Program-made: the position numbers and the translations under genes
In this document: in pieces, positions 1 through 9,500 of the stretch
How the letters are laid out: each line of letters starts with the position of its first letter
Position numbering within the stretch: position 1 is the stretch's first letter
IMG/VR virus record: IMGVR_UViG_3300045988_175861
Direction: 5' to 3' (one strand)
Origin: a virus
Length of the DNA: 50,843 nucleotides
Notes under the pieces: model-generated
Database searches by the model: none
What the model saw: the letters and a program-made list of their open reading frames with translations, nothing else
Told to the model about the DNA's origin: nothing

Positions 1-119
1 CATAAACGGTAAAAGAGTAACTGATTATTCAGATGATAATCTAAAAAATATTATAAAAAGTATAAATACAGTTAAGCATTGTACTATACTATCATTTATT
101 GCAAAATTTAAAAAAAAAG
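1..119. repeat. Terminal overlap, copy 1 (identical to 50725-50843)
   Basis: Read by eye as an exact 119-nt match to the other end of the window. It lies inside a CDS that reads through the junction in frame. Confidence 0.9.
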
Positions 120-487
120 TAGAGACAGAACTTGATACGTATTTTCCTTCAGAATTTACGAGTGCGAAAGACAAAGAGGCTTATGATAATATTAAGCGAC
201 GCACACTGCTGGTACTTGATGGCATAATAACTGGAAACAATAATGCTAAATTAGTACAAGAGATAGATGATGCTATGCTTAATTTATATAAGCCTAAGTC
301 TTTCATTGGCAGTAAGTCAGTAGAAGTAGAATATGATAAACAGTTTGAAACCGCTTGTTTAATATTGCTACAAAAAACTGGCGCAAATGCTAATAATTTA
401 ACAACACTGCAATTCTATAATTCTATGCAAGTTATTAAAAAGCAAGCAGAAACAGAATTAAAGTATACTAAAAAGAAGAGAAGTTGA
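2..487 (+). CDS. 3' part of a wrap-around CDS that starts at 50444 (255 aa in total); hypothetical, tail assembly chaperone candidate by position only
   Basis: The frame opened by the ATG at 50444 continues through the 119-nt overlap into frame 2 of the window and stops at 487. The 275..487 ORF in the track is its tail. It lies directly upstream of the tape measure gene. Confidence 0.75.
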   Translation: MNGKRVTDYSDDNLKNIIKSINTVKHCTILSFIAKFKKKVETELDTYFPSEFTSAKDKEAYDNIKRRTLLVLDGIITGNNNAKLVQEIDDAMLNLYKPKSFIGSKSVEVEYDKQFETACLILLQKTGANANNLTTLQFYNSMQVIKKQAETELKYTKKKRS

Positions 488-633
488 CTCGGATGATTAA
501 TTTTAATTAAAAGTTTCGTATTTTGTTTTATTATTAATATTATTTTATTACATTAGCGTCAGAGTAAATCTGGAGCGACCCAGGCTATCCTGGAGACAAT
601 TTTAAGTAATTACATATTGAGCAAAAGCAAAAA

Positions 634-3600
634 ATGGCAGGTTCTAACCCAGTATATTATAAAGACCTGATTCACCCAGATGATTCGATTGAGCAGCTGA
701 TAAAGCAACTTACAGAGGTGAAAGGCATATATGATGATGTAACATCTTTAATTAAAAAGAATGCTACAGAAATTCAATCTGCTTTGAAGGGTATAAGCGG
801 AGCCACTGCTGAGAATAGGGAAACTATAGGCAAATACGCTAATGATGCTGCTAAGCTAGAAAGACAATTTACAGAATTGAGCAATTCTTCTAAAATTCTA
901 GAAGGCAATATACAAGGGCTGAACATAACTAAGCAAAAATCAGCAAATTTAACCAAGCAAGAAATACAGTTCATTGAATCAGCAAAAGGCTCATATAAGG
1001 AAATGGAGGCCGAATTAAAACTTGTGACTGATAAGCTTAAAAGCATGACACAAGAGCAAGCCTTATCATCAAATGAAGGAGCTAAGCTGATAAATAGAAT
1101 AATTGAGCTGAAAGATAGAATGAGAGCATACGATGATGCTATCAAACTTAAAATTCAGTCTCAAATAAGGTATAATGCTGAAAACCAAGCAGCAAATGCT
1201 TCTGAGAGTGCTAGAAAAACTGTATTGGCTGAAATGGCTGCTCTTGAAGAAAAACTAGCATTCGCAAAATCAGAAGAAAATGTACAACTTAAATTATATA
1301 CCCAACAAATAAGAGAAGCTAACCAAGAGGCCAAACTACAAGCTCAAATAGCTAATTCTGCAGAAGGCTCTTATAATAGGCTATCAGCACAGTATTCACT
1401 GAACAAAATAAAGCTTAACCAGATGAGCAAGGAAATGCGCTCGTCTACAGAAGAAGGCAAAGCTCTTGAAAAGCAGACAGCTGAGATTTACGCTGAAATG
1501 ATTAGACTGCAGGAAGCTACTGGTAATTACAGGTTATCTGTAGGTAACTATGCACGTTCTTGGAATGGACTTGGAGTTGCTGTATCACAGGTTGTACGAG
1601 AATTACCGGCTGCTGCGGTATCATTGAATACATTCTTTTTAGGTATATCTAATAATATACCTATACTTATGGATGAAATAAATAGGTTAATAGCACAGAA
1701 TAAAATACTGCAGCAACAAGGAATGCAAACTGTAAGCGTTTCTAAAGCCATCGTAAAATCGCTATTTAGCTTCAATACAATTCTTGTAATTCTTCTTACA
1801 GTATTTTCAATGTATGGAAAGCAAATTACAGAATTCATTGGAAGAATGTTTGCAGGTACTAAAGTGACTAATGACTATAAAACTGAGCTTCAAAAACTCA
1901 TTGCAGTTAAGAAAAATTTGCTTGATGCTGATATAAAAGGGCAGAAAAATGCTACAAGAGAAATAGTTCATTTGAAATTATTGAAAAAACAAGCAGAAAA
2001 TACAAACCTAAGTTATAAAGAAAGAATCGCTGCTGTAAATGAATTACAAAAAACATATCCTTCATATTTTGGCAATGTAAGTAAAGAGGCAATTTTAAAT
2101 GGACAAGCAAAAGATTCATATGGGCTGCTTGCTAAGTCTATATTAAATGCTGCACGAGCTAAAGCGTATGAAGATAAGATTGTAGAAAACACAAATAAGA
2201 TAATAGACCTTAGAACTAAAAAAGTAGGTCAACTTACAAATGCTGAACTCGCAAGAAGAAAAGCAGAAAAGTTAAAGCAAGAAGGAACAACAGGTAGAAC
2301 AGCATTTGATGTATTGGCTGCTGGTTCTGCAACTGCTGGTGGAGCAAATTATGCTACTCAGCAATCTGTTGCTATACAAACATTAACTGACAATGTAAAA
2401 TTATATGGTGATCAGGCACAAGCTACTGAAGACCAAATACAAGCTTTGGTTAGAGCTAATACACGGCTGGCTATTTCTGCTAGTAAACTTAATATTGCTG
2501 GGCCTGATACTAAAGGTATTAAAGGAAGAGAACCAAGGCCTAGAGACACAGAAGATACACTTGATAGTCTGTCTAGGCAAATACATAAATCTTATGCTAA
2601 AAGCATAACTGACTTAGAAAGAGAAGAATTAGAAAACCAACGTCGCGATAAGATTGATGCGTATAATGCAGAAGTAGCTGATTTGTATGCCAAGTATAAC
2701 AAAATACAGCGTATAATTGATGGCCAAGATTCTAGATACAAAACCCTCACAAAAGAACAAATGCAACAGGCTATAGCAGCCCAAGAAGAAGTTGTAAAAG
2801 CTACAGAAAATATGCAGTCTGAGCTTACTGAGTTTTTAGAAAGGCAGTGGTACGCAAGACAGGAGAAGCAATTGTCTATTGAAGGTAAAACTACTGAGCT
2901 ACTACTTAAGTCTGCTAAAAAAGATACACAAGAAGAATTAACGCTTAGGCTAAAGCTGCTGGAGATAGAAAAGAAAATAGCATTAGCGAAGAATAAGCAA
3001 CTTCCAAAGTCAGAACAGCAGAATGAAGCAGATATAATCGCTGGCTACAATAAAGATATTGATTTGACGATGGGAGAATACAATCTCTATGATTTTGACA
3101 AACAGCAAGAGGTTGAAGCCACAAAATATGAAATAACAAAAAGAAGCGAAAACAGGCTAACGTCATTCAGACTTAAGCAAGAACAAGACAGATGGAAGAA
3201 ATTGTTAAGCCTGTCCAAATCTGGTATGATAGAAATGTCGGATGCAGAGATAGAAATTGCAGAGAATACTATAGCAAGGCTTGACAGGGAGATAAGTGAA
3301 GCAGATGATGTAATAAGCAGAATAGGAGAAAGAGGAGCATTTGGTGGAATATTAGAAGCAATGGGGCTTGACGATGATCAGATTGAAGCACTTGAAGAAG
3401 CGGTGAGTGTAGTAATAGATAACATAAAAAGTATTGCTGACGCTGAGGTTGAAGCTGCTGAAAAGGCTTTAGACGCACAGAGAGAACGTGTAGACATGGC
3501 CAAAAAAGTGTATGAAACTGAACTGGAGGCTAGAGCCAATGGATATGCCAATAATACTGCCATCGCTAGAAAAGAGCTTGAAGAAGAGAAGAAAAGAGAA

Positions 3601-4218
3601 AGGCAGAAAGAACAAATGCTTATAGAAGCGCAGAGAAGACAAGAAGCTATAAACTCACTTACTCAAGCGTCTTCACTCATAACAGCAAGCGCAAATATAT
3701 GGTCATCGCTTTCAGTTATACCTATAATAGGGCCAGCTTTGGCATTAGCGGCTATAGGTACTATGTGGACTTCATTTGCTGCAGCGAAGATAAGAGCTAG
3801 GCAGGTAACTCAGCAAGAAGAAGAGTATGGAGAAGGTGGTATAGAGTTCTTAGAAGGCGGATCGCACGCATCTGGAAATGATATTGATTTAGGCGTTAAG
3901 AATAAGAAGAATAAGAGAATGAAGGCTGAAGGCGGTGAAGCGCTAATTGTGATAAACAAGAGGAAAACAAGCAAGTATAAAAAAATGCTGCCTAGCATCG
4001 TAGATAGCCTAAACAAAGGGAACTTTGAAGATAGATTTGTAAATGCTTTTTCAAGTGCAGATGATATAAGCATTTCAAGTAATCAGCGTGCTGTCGATTT
4101 GTCATACATAGAAGACCAAGTTGAGCAAATCAAAAAACAAGGAGAAAGAAAACTTGTAGTTAAGCCAGACGGCTCAATAGTAGAAATTGATGGTAAAACA
4201 ATAAGATTAATTAAGTAA
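634..4218 (+). CDS. Tail tape measure protein
   Basis: 1194 aa. Long charged coiled-coil regions flank hydrophobic segments (LPAAAVSLNTFFLGISNNIPILMDE, NTILVILLTVFSMYG, IIGPALALAAIGTMWTSFAAA). It is followed by tail-tip and fibre genes. Confidence 0.85.
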   Translation: MAGSNPVYYKDLIHPDDSIEQLIKQLTEVKGIYDDVTSLIKKNATEIQSALKGISGATAENRETIGKYANDAAKLERQFTELSNSSKILEGNIQGLNITKQKSANLTKQEIQFIESAKGSYKEMEAELKLVTDKLKSMTQEQALSSNEGAKLINRIIELKDRMRAYDDAIKLKIQSQIRYNAENQAANASESARKTVLAEMAALEEKLAFAKSEENVQLKLYTQQIREANQEAKLQAQIANSAEGSYNRLSAQYSLNKIKLNQMSKEMRSSTEEGKALEKQTAEIYAEMIRLQEATGNYRLSVGNYARSWNGLGVAVSQVVRELPAAAVSLNTFFLGISNNIPILMDEINRLIAQNKILQQQGMQTVSVSKAIVKSLFSFNTILVILLTVFSMYGKQITEFIGRMFAGTKVTNDYKTELQKLIAVKKNLLDADIKGQKNATREIVHLKLLKKQAENTNLSYKERIAAVNELQKTYPSYFGNVSKEAILNGQAKDSYGLLAKSILNAARAKAYEDKIVENTNKIIDLRTKKVGQLTNAELARRKAEKLKQEGTTGRTAFDVLAAGSATAGGANYATQQSVAIQTLTDNVKLYGDQAQATEDQIQALVRANTRLAISASKLNIAGPDTKGIKGREPRPRDTEDTLDSLSRQIHKSYAKSITDLEREELENQRRDKIDAYNAEVADLYAKYNKIQRIIDGQDSRYKTLTKEQMQQAIAAQEEVVKATENMQSELTEFLERQWYARQEKQLSIEGKTTELLLKSAKKDTQEELTLRLKLLEIEKKIALAKNKQLPKSEQQNEADIIAGYNKDIDLTMGEYNLYDFDKQQEVEATKYEITKRSENRLTSFRLKQEQDRWKKLLSLSKSGMIEMSDAEIEIAENTIARLDREISEADDVISRIGERGAFGGILEAMGLDDDQIEALEEAVSVVIDNIKSIADAEVEAAEKALDAQRERVDMAKKVYETELEARANGYANNTAIARKELEEEKKRERQKEQMLIEAQRRQEAINSLTQASSLITASANIWSSLSVIPIIGPALALAAIGTMWTSFAAAKIRARQVTQQEEEYGEGGIEFLEGGSHASGNDIDLGVKNKKNKRMKAEGGEALIVINKRKTSKYKKMLPSIVDSLNKGNFEDRFVNAFSSADDISISSNQRAVDLSYIEDQVEQIKKQGERKLVVKPDGSIVEIDGKTIRLIK

Positions 4219-4219
4219 T

Positions 4220-6502
4220 ATGCAACCAGCAAAATATAGGTATTATATAGATGATGTTGAAGTATTTCCTCATACTAAAGATTTGGTAAAAGAATTTAGA
4301 AGAGAGAATGACGAGCAGTATTTTTCTGTGTCCATAACAGGAGATATAGTGCTATGGAATGCTGACGCAAAAAAGATATTCACAGCAAATCTTGATAAAG
4401 AATTTAAGTTTGTCATCACAAAGGACGGAGTTACATATCATACAGCTAGATTTACAAAGTCTGATTGTGATATGGACTTTTCAATATGTAGTTGCAAAAT
4501 TAAGCTTACTACAGACGATGTATATTCAATACTAGAAGCAAAAGCCGAAAATGAATATGATTTGATGAAGCTTAATATCAATAAGCAAAATCTTAGAATG
4601 CTTAAGCATCCTGCAATACAAGTGTATGTGCCAGGAGAAAACTCTATTGGATGTATAAAGCCATTGACTACATATTGGGAAACTGAAGTGGTTGAAGCAA
4701 CTGAGAATACTGATTTGCTTAAAAACAAATATCATTTTGCGGAAGCTTCAAATTTTAAAAACATAGTAGTCAATCCAGGAGGCGGTTCTCCAAGCGTTAT
4801 TGCAACTACATACTTAGGCACACTAGAAAAGACTTCATTTGTAGAAGAGCTAGGAGATGGTGCTATACAGGAAACCCAAAGACAGTTTGGAACATTCAGG
4901 CCGATTAACAACACATCGTATGTTATTTACGTGCAATTTGACAAAGTGATTAACCAGCCTAGCACTGGAAGCCCAACGACATACAGAACATCACTGTATC
5001 AAATAAAGCATGAAGCAAGGAATGAAGTATACTTCCAGTATAGAGATGGCAATGTACAGGATGAATCAAGATGGCTAAATGATACATTTACTGTATCAGC
5101 AGTAAGTGGAGAAGCTAGTGGAAGCTTTGGTTGTGTGTATTCAACAAAGCCAATATTTGCTAGATTTATAACCGACTCTGATACATACAATGTTTCAAGT
5201 TCCACGTTCGATATTCCTGTAGATGATATAGCAGAAAATAATTTCAACTATAGAAAATGTGCTCCTTTTGAAGTATCATCAAGAGCTGAGAATATTTTTA
5301 CTATATCATCACAGGAACAGGCAGAGGCTACTAGATGGGGCATAAATGATAACGGCAAATATTTTTTGCCACCTAAAAAGGGTGTATTATATGTGCCAAT
5401 AGCAAAGAATATATGGACTAATATCTCATACTGGTTTGATACGAGTAAGTTCTCGTATGTAAAGAACAAGTATAATTCGATGGTATCAAATGTGATAGTA
5501 AAAGATACATACGAAATAGCATCATGTATAAATGCCTTACTAAAGGAGATGAAAGTCAATTTGACTTTTGCTGCTACTACAGAATACAGTGAATTTTTAT
5601 TCTCAGAAACAAACCCAGTATCTGGCTATTACGTACGGCTGTATTTAACGCAGATAACGAACATACTAAAAAGCAATTACGACCAGCCAGCCCAAAAGAT
5701 GCCAACATCGTTCAAATCAATTATGGATATGCTGGCGCAAACTATGAAGTGTTACTGGTTTGTAGAAAATGGCAAACTTAGAATTGAAAATATAGCATAC
5801 TTCTTGAACGGTGGAAGCTATTCACAGCAAAATGAAATATCAGTTGATTTGACTAAGTCTATTGACTTAAGAACAAAACTACAACTTGACTATGCGCAGT
5901 CACAGTTTTCGTATGAAAAAGAGGGCTTAGCTTCTAGGTATGAATTTGAATTTTCAAATGGAAGACAAAGTGAAGGCTTCGAAGGGAGGCCAATAAATGT
6001 AAACAACAAATACTGCAAAGACAGCAAAAAGGAAAGTATTTCAGTTGGAAATTTCGCAGCTGACGTAGATATGATGATGCTAGACCCAGGTGAATTTTCA
6101 AACGATGGCATAGCAGTTTTAGCAGCTACTAAGGATACTATGAATAATTTATCAGTATCAAAATCTACTGTAAAGTTATCTGATAGCGACCAAGAAGTAG
6201 CCGAGTTTGAAGAAACTGTAAACAACGCATACTTCTCATGGCCATATTTAGAAGAATACTATATGTATGACATATCAGGAAATGACATCGAAATTGAAGA
6301 TTTTGTGAACATAAATGGCAAGTTCTTAAACCCAAAAGGAATACTGAGAATATTAAAGCAAGAAGTTAAGTTTCCAGTTGATGAAGACTTAGACCCGTAT
6401 AAGTTAATAAAAACAGAAATAGGAAACGGGGTTGCTACATCGATAAAGATAAATCTTGATAAAAGACAAGCAACAGCAACGCTAATATATAAACCATTTT
6501 AA
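4220..6502 (+). CDS. Virion protein, distal tail / tail-tip candidate (by position)
   Basis: 760-aa ORF that starts 2 nt after the tape measure stop. I recognise no motif, so the function is inferred from synteny only. Confidence 0.55.
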   Translation: MQPAKYRYYIDDVEVFPHTKDLVKEFRRENDEQYFSVSITGDIVLWNADAKKIFTANLDKEFKFVITKDGVTYHTARFTKSDCDMDFSICSCKIKLTTDDVYSILEAKAENEYDLMKLNINKQNLRMLKHPAIQVYVPGENSIGCIKPLTTYWETEVVEATENTDLLKNKYHFAEASNFKNIVVNPGGGSPSVIATTYLGTLEKTSFVEELGDGAIQETQRQFGTFRPINNTSYVIYVQFDKVINQPSTGSPTTYRTSLYQIKHEARNEVYFQYRDGNVQDESRWLNDTFTVSAVSGEASGSFGCVYSTKPIFARFITDSDTYNVSSSTFDIPVDDIAENNFNYRKCAPFEVSSRAENIFTISSQEQAEATRWGINDNGKYFLPPKKGVLYVPIAKNIWTNISYWFDTSKFSYVKNKYNSMVSNVIVKDTYEIASCINALLKEMKVNLTFAATTEYSEFLFSETNPVSGYYVRLYLTQITNILKSNYDQPAQKMPTSFKSIMDMLAQTMKCYWFVENGKLRIENIAYFLNGGSYSQQNEISVDLTKSIDLRTKLQLDYAQSQFSYEKEGLASRYEFEFSNGRQSEGFEGRPINVNNKYCKDSKKESISVGNFAADVDMMMLDPGEFSNDGIAVLAATKDTMNNLSVSKSTVKLSDSDQEVAEFEETVNNAYFSWPYLEEYYMYDISGNDIEIEDFVNINGKFLNPKGILRILKQEVKFPVDEDLDPYKLIKTEIGNGVATSIKINLDKRQATATLIYKPF

Positions 6503-6513
6503 TACATGATACT

Positions 6514-9500
6514 ATGGCAATAGCAATTAAATTAAATGGAGCTAATAACTACAATGTACTTCCTTTCTACAGCAGCAAGGAATACTGGCACTCTAAACGC
6601 TGGTATACGTATGGGCAGATATGCCCAGTCGCTGCCAGAAAAGACTACTTAGTTCCTTTCCAGTTATATTTTACAAGAGATGTAGTTTCTACTTCTGGTA
6701 ATATCACGCTTGATATTAAAAGAGTAAATGACGATTTTACAGTTAAATCATTTACTCTTAATCATTCATTTATACATACGCCGGAGTATGTTATAATAAA
6801 ATTTCCTGAGCAGCAAATAACAGCATTGCCACTTGGCTTATACTACTACAAGGTAACCTACCAAGAAACTAATGATTCTGGTATCGCTCAAGGAGAAGCT
6901 CTAGAAGCTTATTCAGATATTATTAGCATAATGGACGATGAGAGTGATTTCGTTAGACTGGAATACTGGAATGCATCAGATATTATTACAAATGGCTATA
7001 CAATAAGCTTTGCAGATAATTTTAAATTTGTAAGTTATATTCACTCTACTATAGCTAAGCCTGATTACGAGTTCGAAGAAGAACTGACAAAAAGGCTTGG
7101 CTACAAGTTCATTGAAACACAAGTATCGACCAAAGTTTATAAATTTAATTTCTTGGCTACTGAAGCAAATTGCGATGCAATGCGTATAGCTAGAATGTGT
7201 GATTACATAAAGTTCACAACATCACTTGACGTGTATAACGCACTCTACATGTCATTCGAAGTTGCTTGGCAAGATTATGGTGATGTAGCGAATCTCACAG
7301 TAGAATTTGAGACAGATACCATCATACAAAGACTTGAAAGCTTTAAAAGAAGTGACGTAGCAAATTTTTATAATGCGCTATTGTATAATATCAATGAGCC
7401 AATTTTGTTTGATTATGATACAATAGCGCAATACTATAGTGATTTTTCTGGGCAAGGCAAAATGATTAGAGAACTTGACCAGATAACTGTCGATGACATT
7501 ACTTCAACATCCACAATGCCAATTGATTTAGGCCAAGGTGCTGCTAAGAAAATAGCCATTGAAGAAATATTCTCTAAGTACTCAGCATTCAATGAGTATT
7601 TTGGCTTTGATGAAGTAAATAATGCAGTATACGTAAAAGGTAATAGGAGCTTTTATACCATGCCACTTGGCGATATTATAGCAGGAGGATATGATGAAAG
7701 CCCAGGTTCTGTCGTAAAGGTAGAAAGGCTTACAGACATAGGTGATGTAAGACCTGATAGCTTAAATGCAAATGACTTATTGAAATATGATGGCACAAAC
7801 TGGGTTACTATTCCGCTCGCTAGCATTTCTAGTAAAATTGACAAGTTAACTGACATTAATGATGTTACACCTATCAATTTAACTGCTGGCGACTTGCTGA
7901 AGTATGACGGCTCAAAATGGGTTAACATACCAATGGCTAGTATATCTGGTAAAGTAGAGGGTATAACAGTAAATAACAGTAACTACTATCCTGAGCCTGT
8001 TACTAAGCTTATTACATTGCCAGACTTAGCTATTCCTATCAAGAATATGGCTGACGCTAGCGCAGCCGAATTAACTGTTGGGTCTAAAATAGCATTTATG
8101 ACTGCAGCAGGCCAAGATAGAAGGGCCACACTGGAAAGTATATTCAACCTGTATTCACAGCTACATGGCTTCTTTGAACTGGATACAGTAAACAATGCTA
8201 TCAAAGTTAAAGAAGGAAGAACACTTTATACAGATGGTGAAATCGTTGCTGGTGGCTATGGAGAAGGAAGCGGAGGTACAGCAATCGAGCGTTTGACAGA
8301 TATAGGAGATGTTGTAACTACTAATTTAGCTACTGGTGACTTATTGAAATATGATGGTACAAACTGGGTTAATATACCAATGACTAATATATCTGGCAAA
8401 GTAGAGGGTATAACAGTAAATAACAGTAACTACTATCCTGAGCCTGTTACTAAGCTTATTACATTGCCGAATTACCCCACCACATTGCCAGCAAGTGACG
8501 TGTATTCTTGGGCCAAGCAGCCGAACAAGCCGAGTTATTCGTTTGATGAGTTGTCCTCTCATCCTACTACGCTGGGGGGATATGGGATTACGGATGCTTA
8601 TACGAAAACGGATGCGGATAGCAGATATTTCAGACATATCGGAGATACGTATGAAGATGGCAGAAACACAGGATGGATAGGATTTGGTACTGGTACTTAT
8701 ATTAACGCTTATCCTGATGGAATTGCACATAAAATATACTCTTATGGACAAGTAACATCGTTTAATTCAAGTTATTCAAGGCTTGAATTGTATTCTACTC
8801 ATACATCATCAGATCCAAACGATGGCAATAATGGCATACAATTTAGATCAGGATGGAATGACGATAAGAAAAGCTGGCGAATGCTTCTTGATGAAGTTAA
8901 CTATCTTCATTATACAGATAACCGCTACGTCAACAAGGCCGGGGATACGATGACGGGAACATTGTTATTTAATGCAAATTCCAGCATTGACCTTGTATAT
9001 ATTCCAAGAACCAAGTCTGCTATCAGTTTTAATAACGCAGGTTCCAATAGAATTGGAATTAACTTCACAGACGGAGACGGTAACCTAAGAATAGCTAAAA
9101 CTGATATTAATCAAGACTGGGTAAGTGGGGACGTAAATATTCTTTTAGGGTCTAATAATTATAAAGTTTGGCATGCCGGCAACAAACGAGACATGTTCTC
9201 AAGCATGAATGAAGCCTTTACCACATGGGGAAACGAGCAGGTAATCAGTGTCGAAGGAGATGCAAACACATACTATCCGGTGGTTATTACAATAAACCAC
9301 TCAAAAACATGGAACAGTAGGATCGCCATACATAAAAACTTAGGAAGCAGAACACCTTCTTATCCGGGAAATCATGGTAGTGGCACTTCATCCATGTGGG
9401 CCATGTACGAAGGACGTTATAGCGGTTGGGACGGAAACAGCGGATATATCGTTACAAAATATGTTAGACAACCATATGCCAACTTAATATCAAAAGCTGA

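Noticed and set aside
1-119. 119-bp ends as genuine direct terminal repeats of the virion DNA
   Set aside because: The repeat lies in the middle of an ORF that reads through the junction, and its length fits an assembler overlap. I treated it as circular closure; see the finding for how to test this.
400-634. Programmed -1 frameshift of a tail assembly chaperone upstream of the tape measure gene
   Set aside because: The A-rich stretch ACTAAAAAGAAG near the end of the 255-aa ORF gives only about a 13-aa extension in the -1 frame before a stop. No overlapping second ORF extends toward the tape measure gene.
774-1145. Antisense ORFs embedded in long + strand genes (774..1145, 1548..1838, 3810..4073, 5248..5559, 5890..6225, 11614..11985, 12434..12826, 21364..21870, 23301..23687, 24276..24800, 28266..28643, 33295..33786, 44709..45056 and others)
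   Set aside because: Each lies wholly inside a longer gene on the opposite strand that has recognisable motifs or a clear operon context. Their products are low-complexity, Ser/Leu/Phe/Ile-rich mirror translations, and none has its own promoter or intergenic space.
8341-8751. ORFs 8341..8751 (-) and 8495..8680 (+) inside the tail fibre gene
   Set aside because: They coincide with the GC-richer patch of the fibre gene, where stop codons are rarer in all frames. The fibre frame carries clear fibre motifs through this region.
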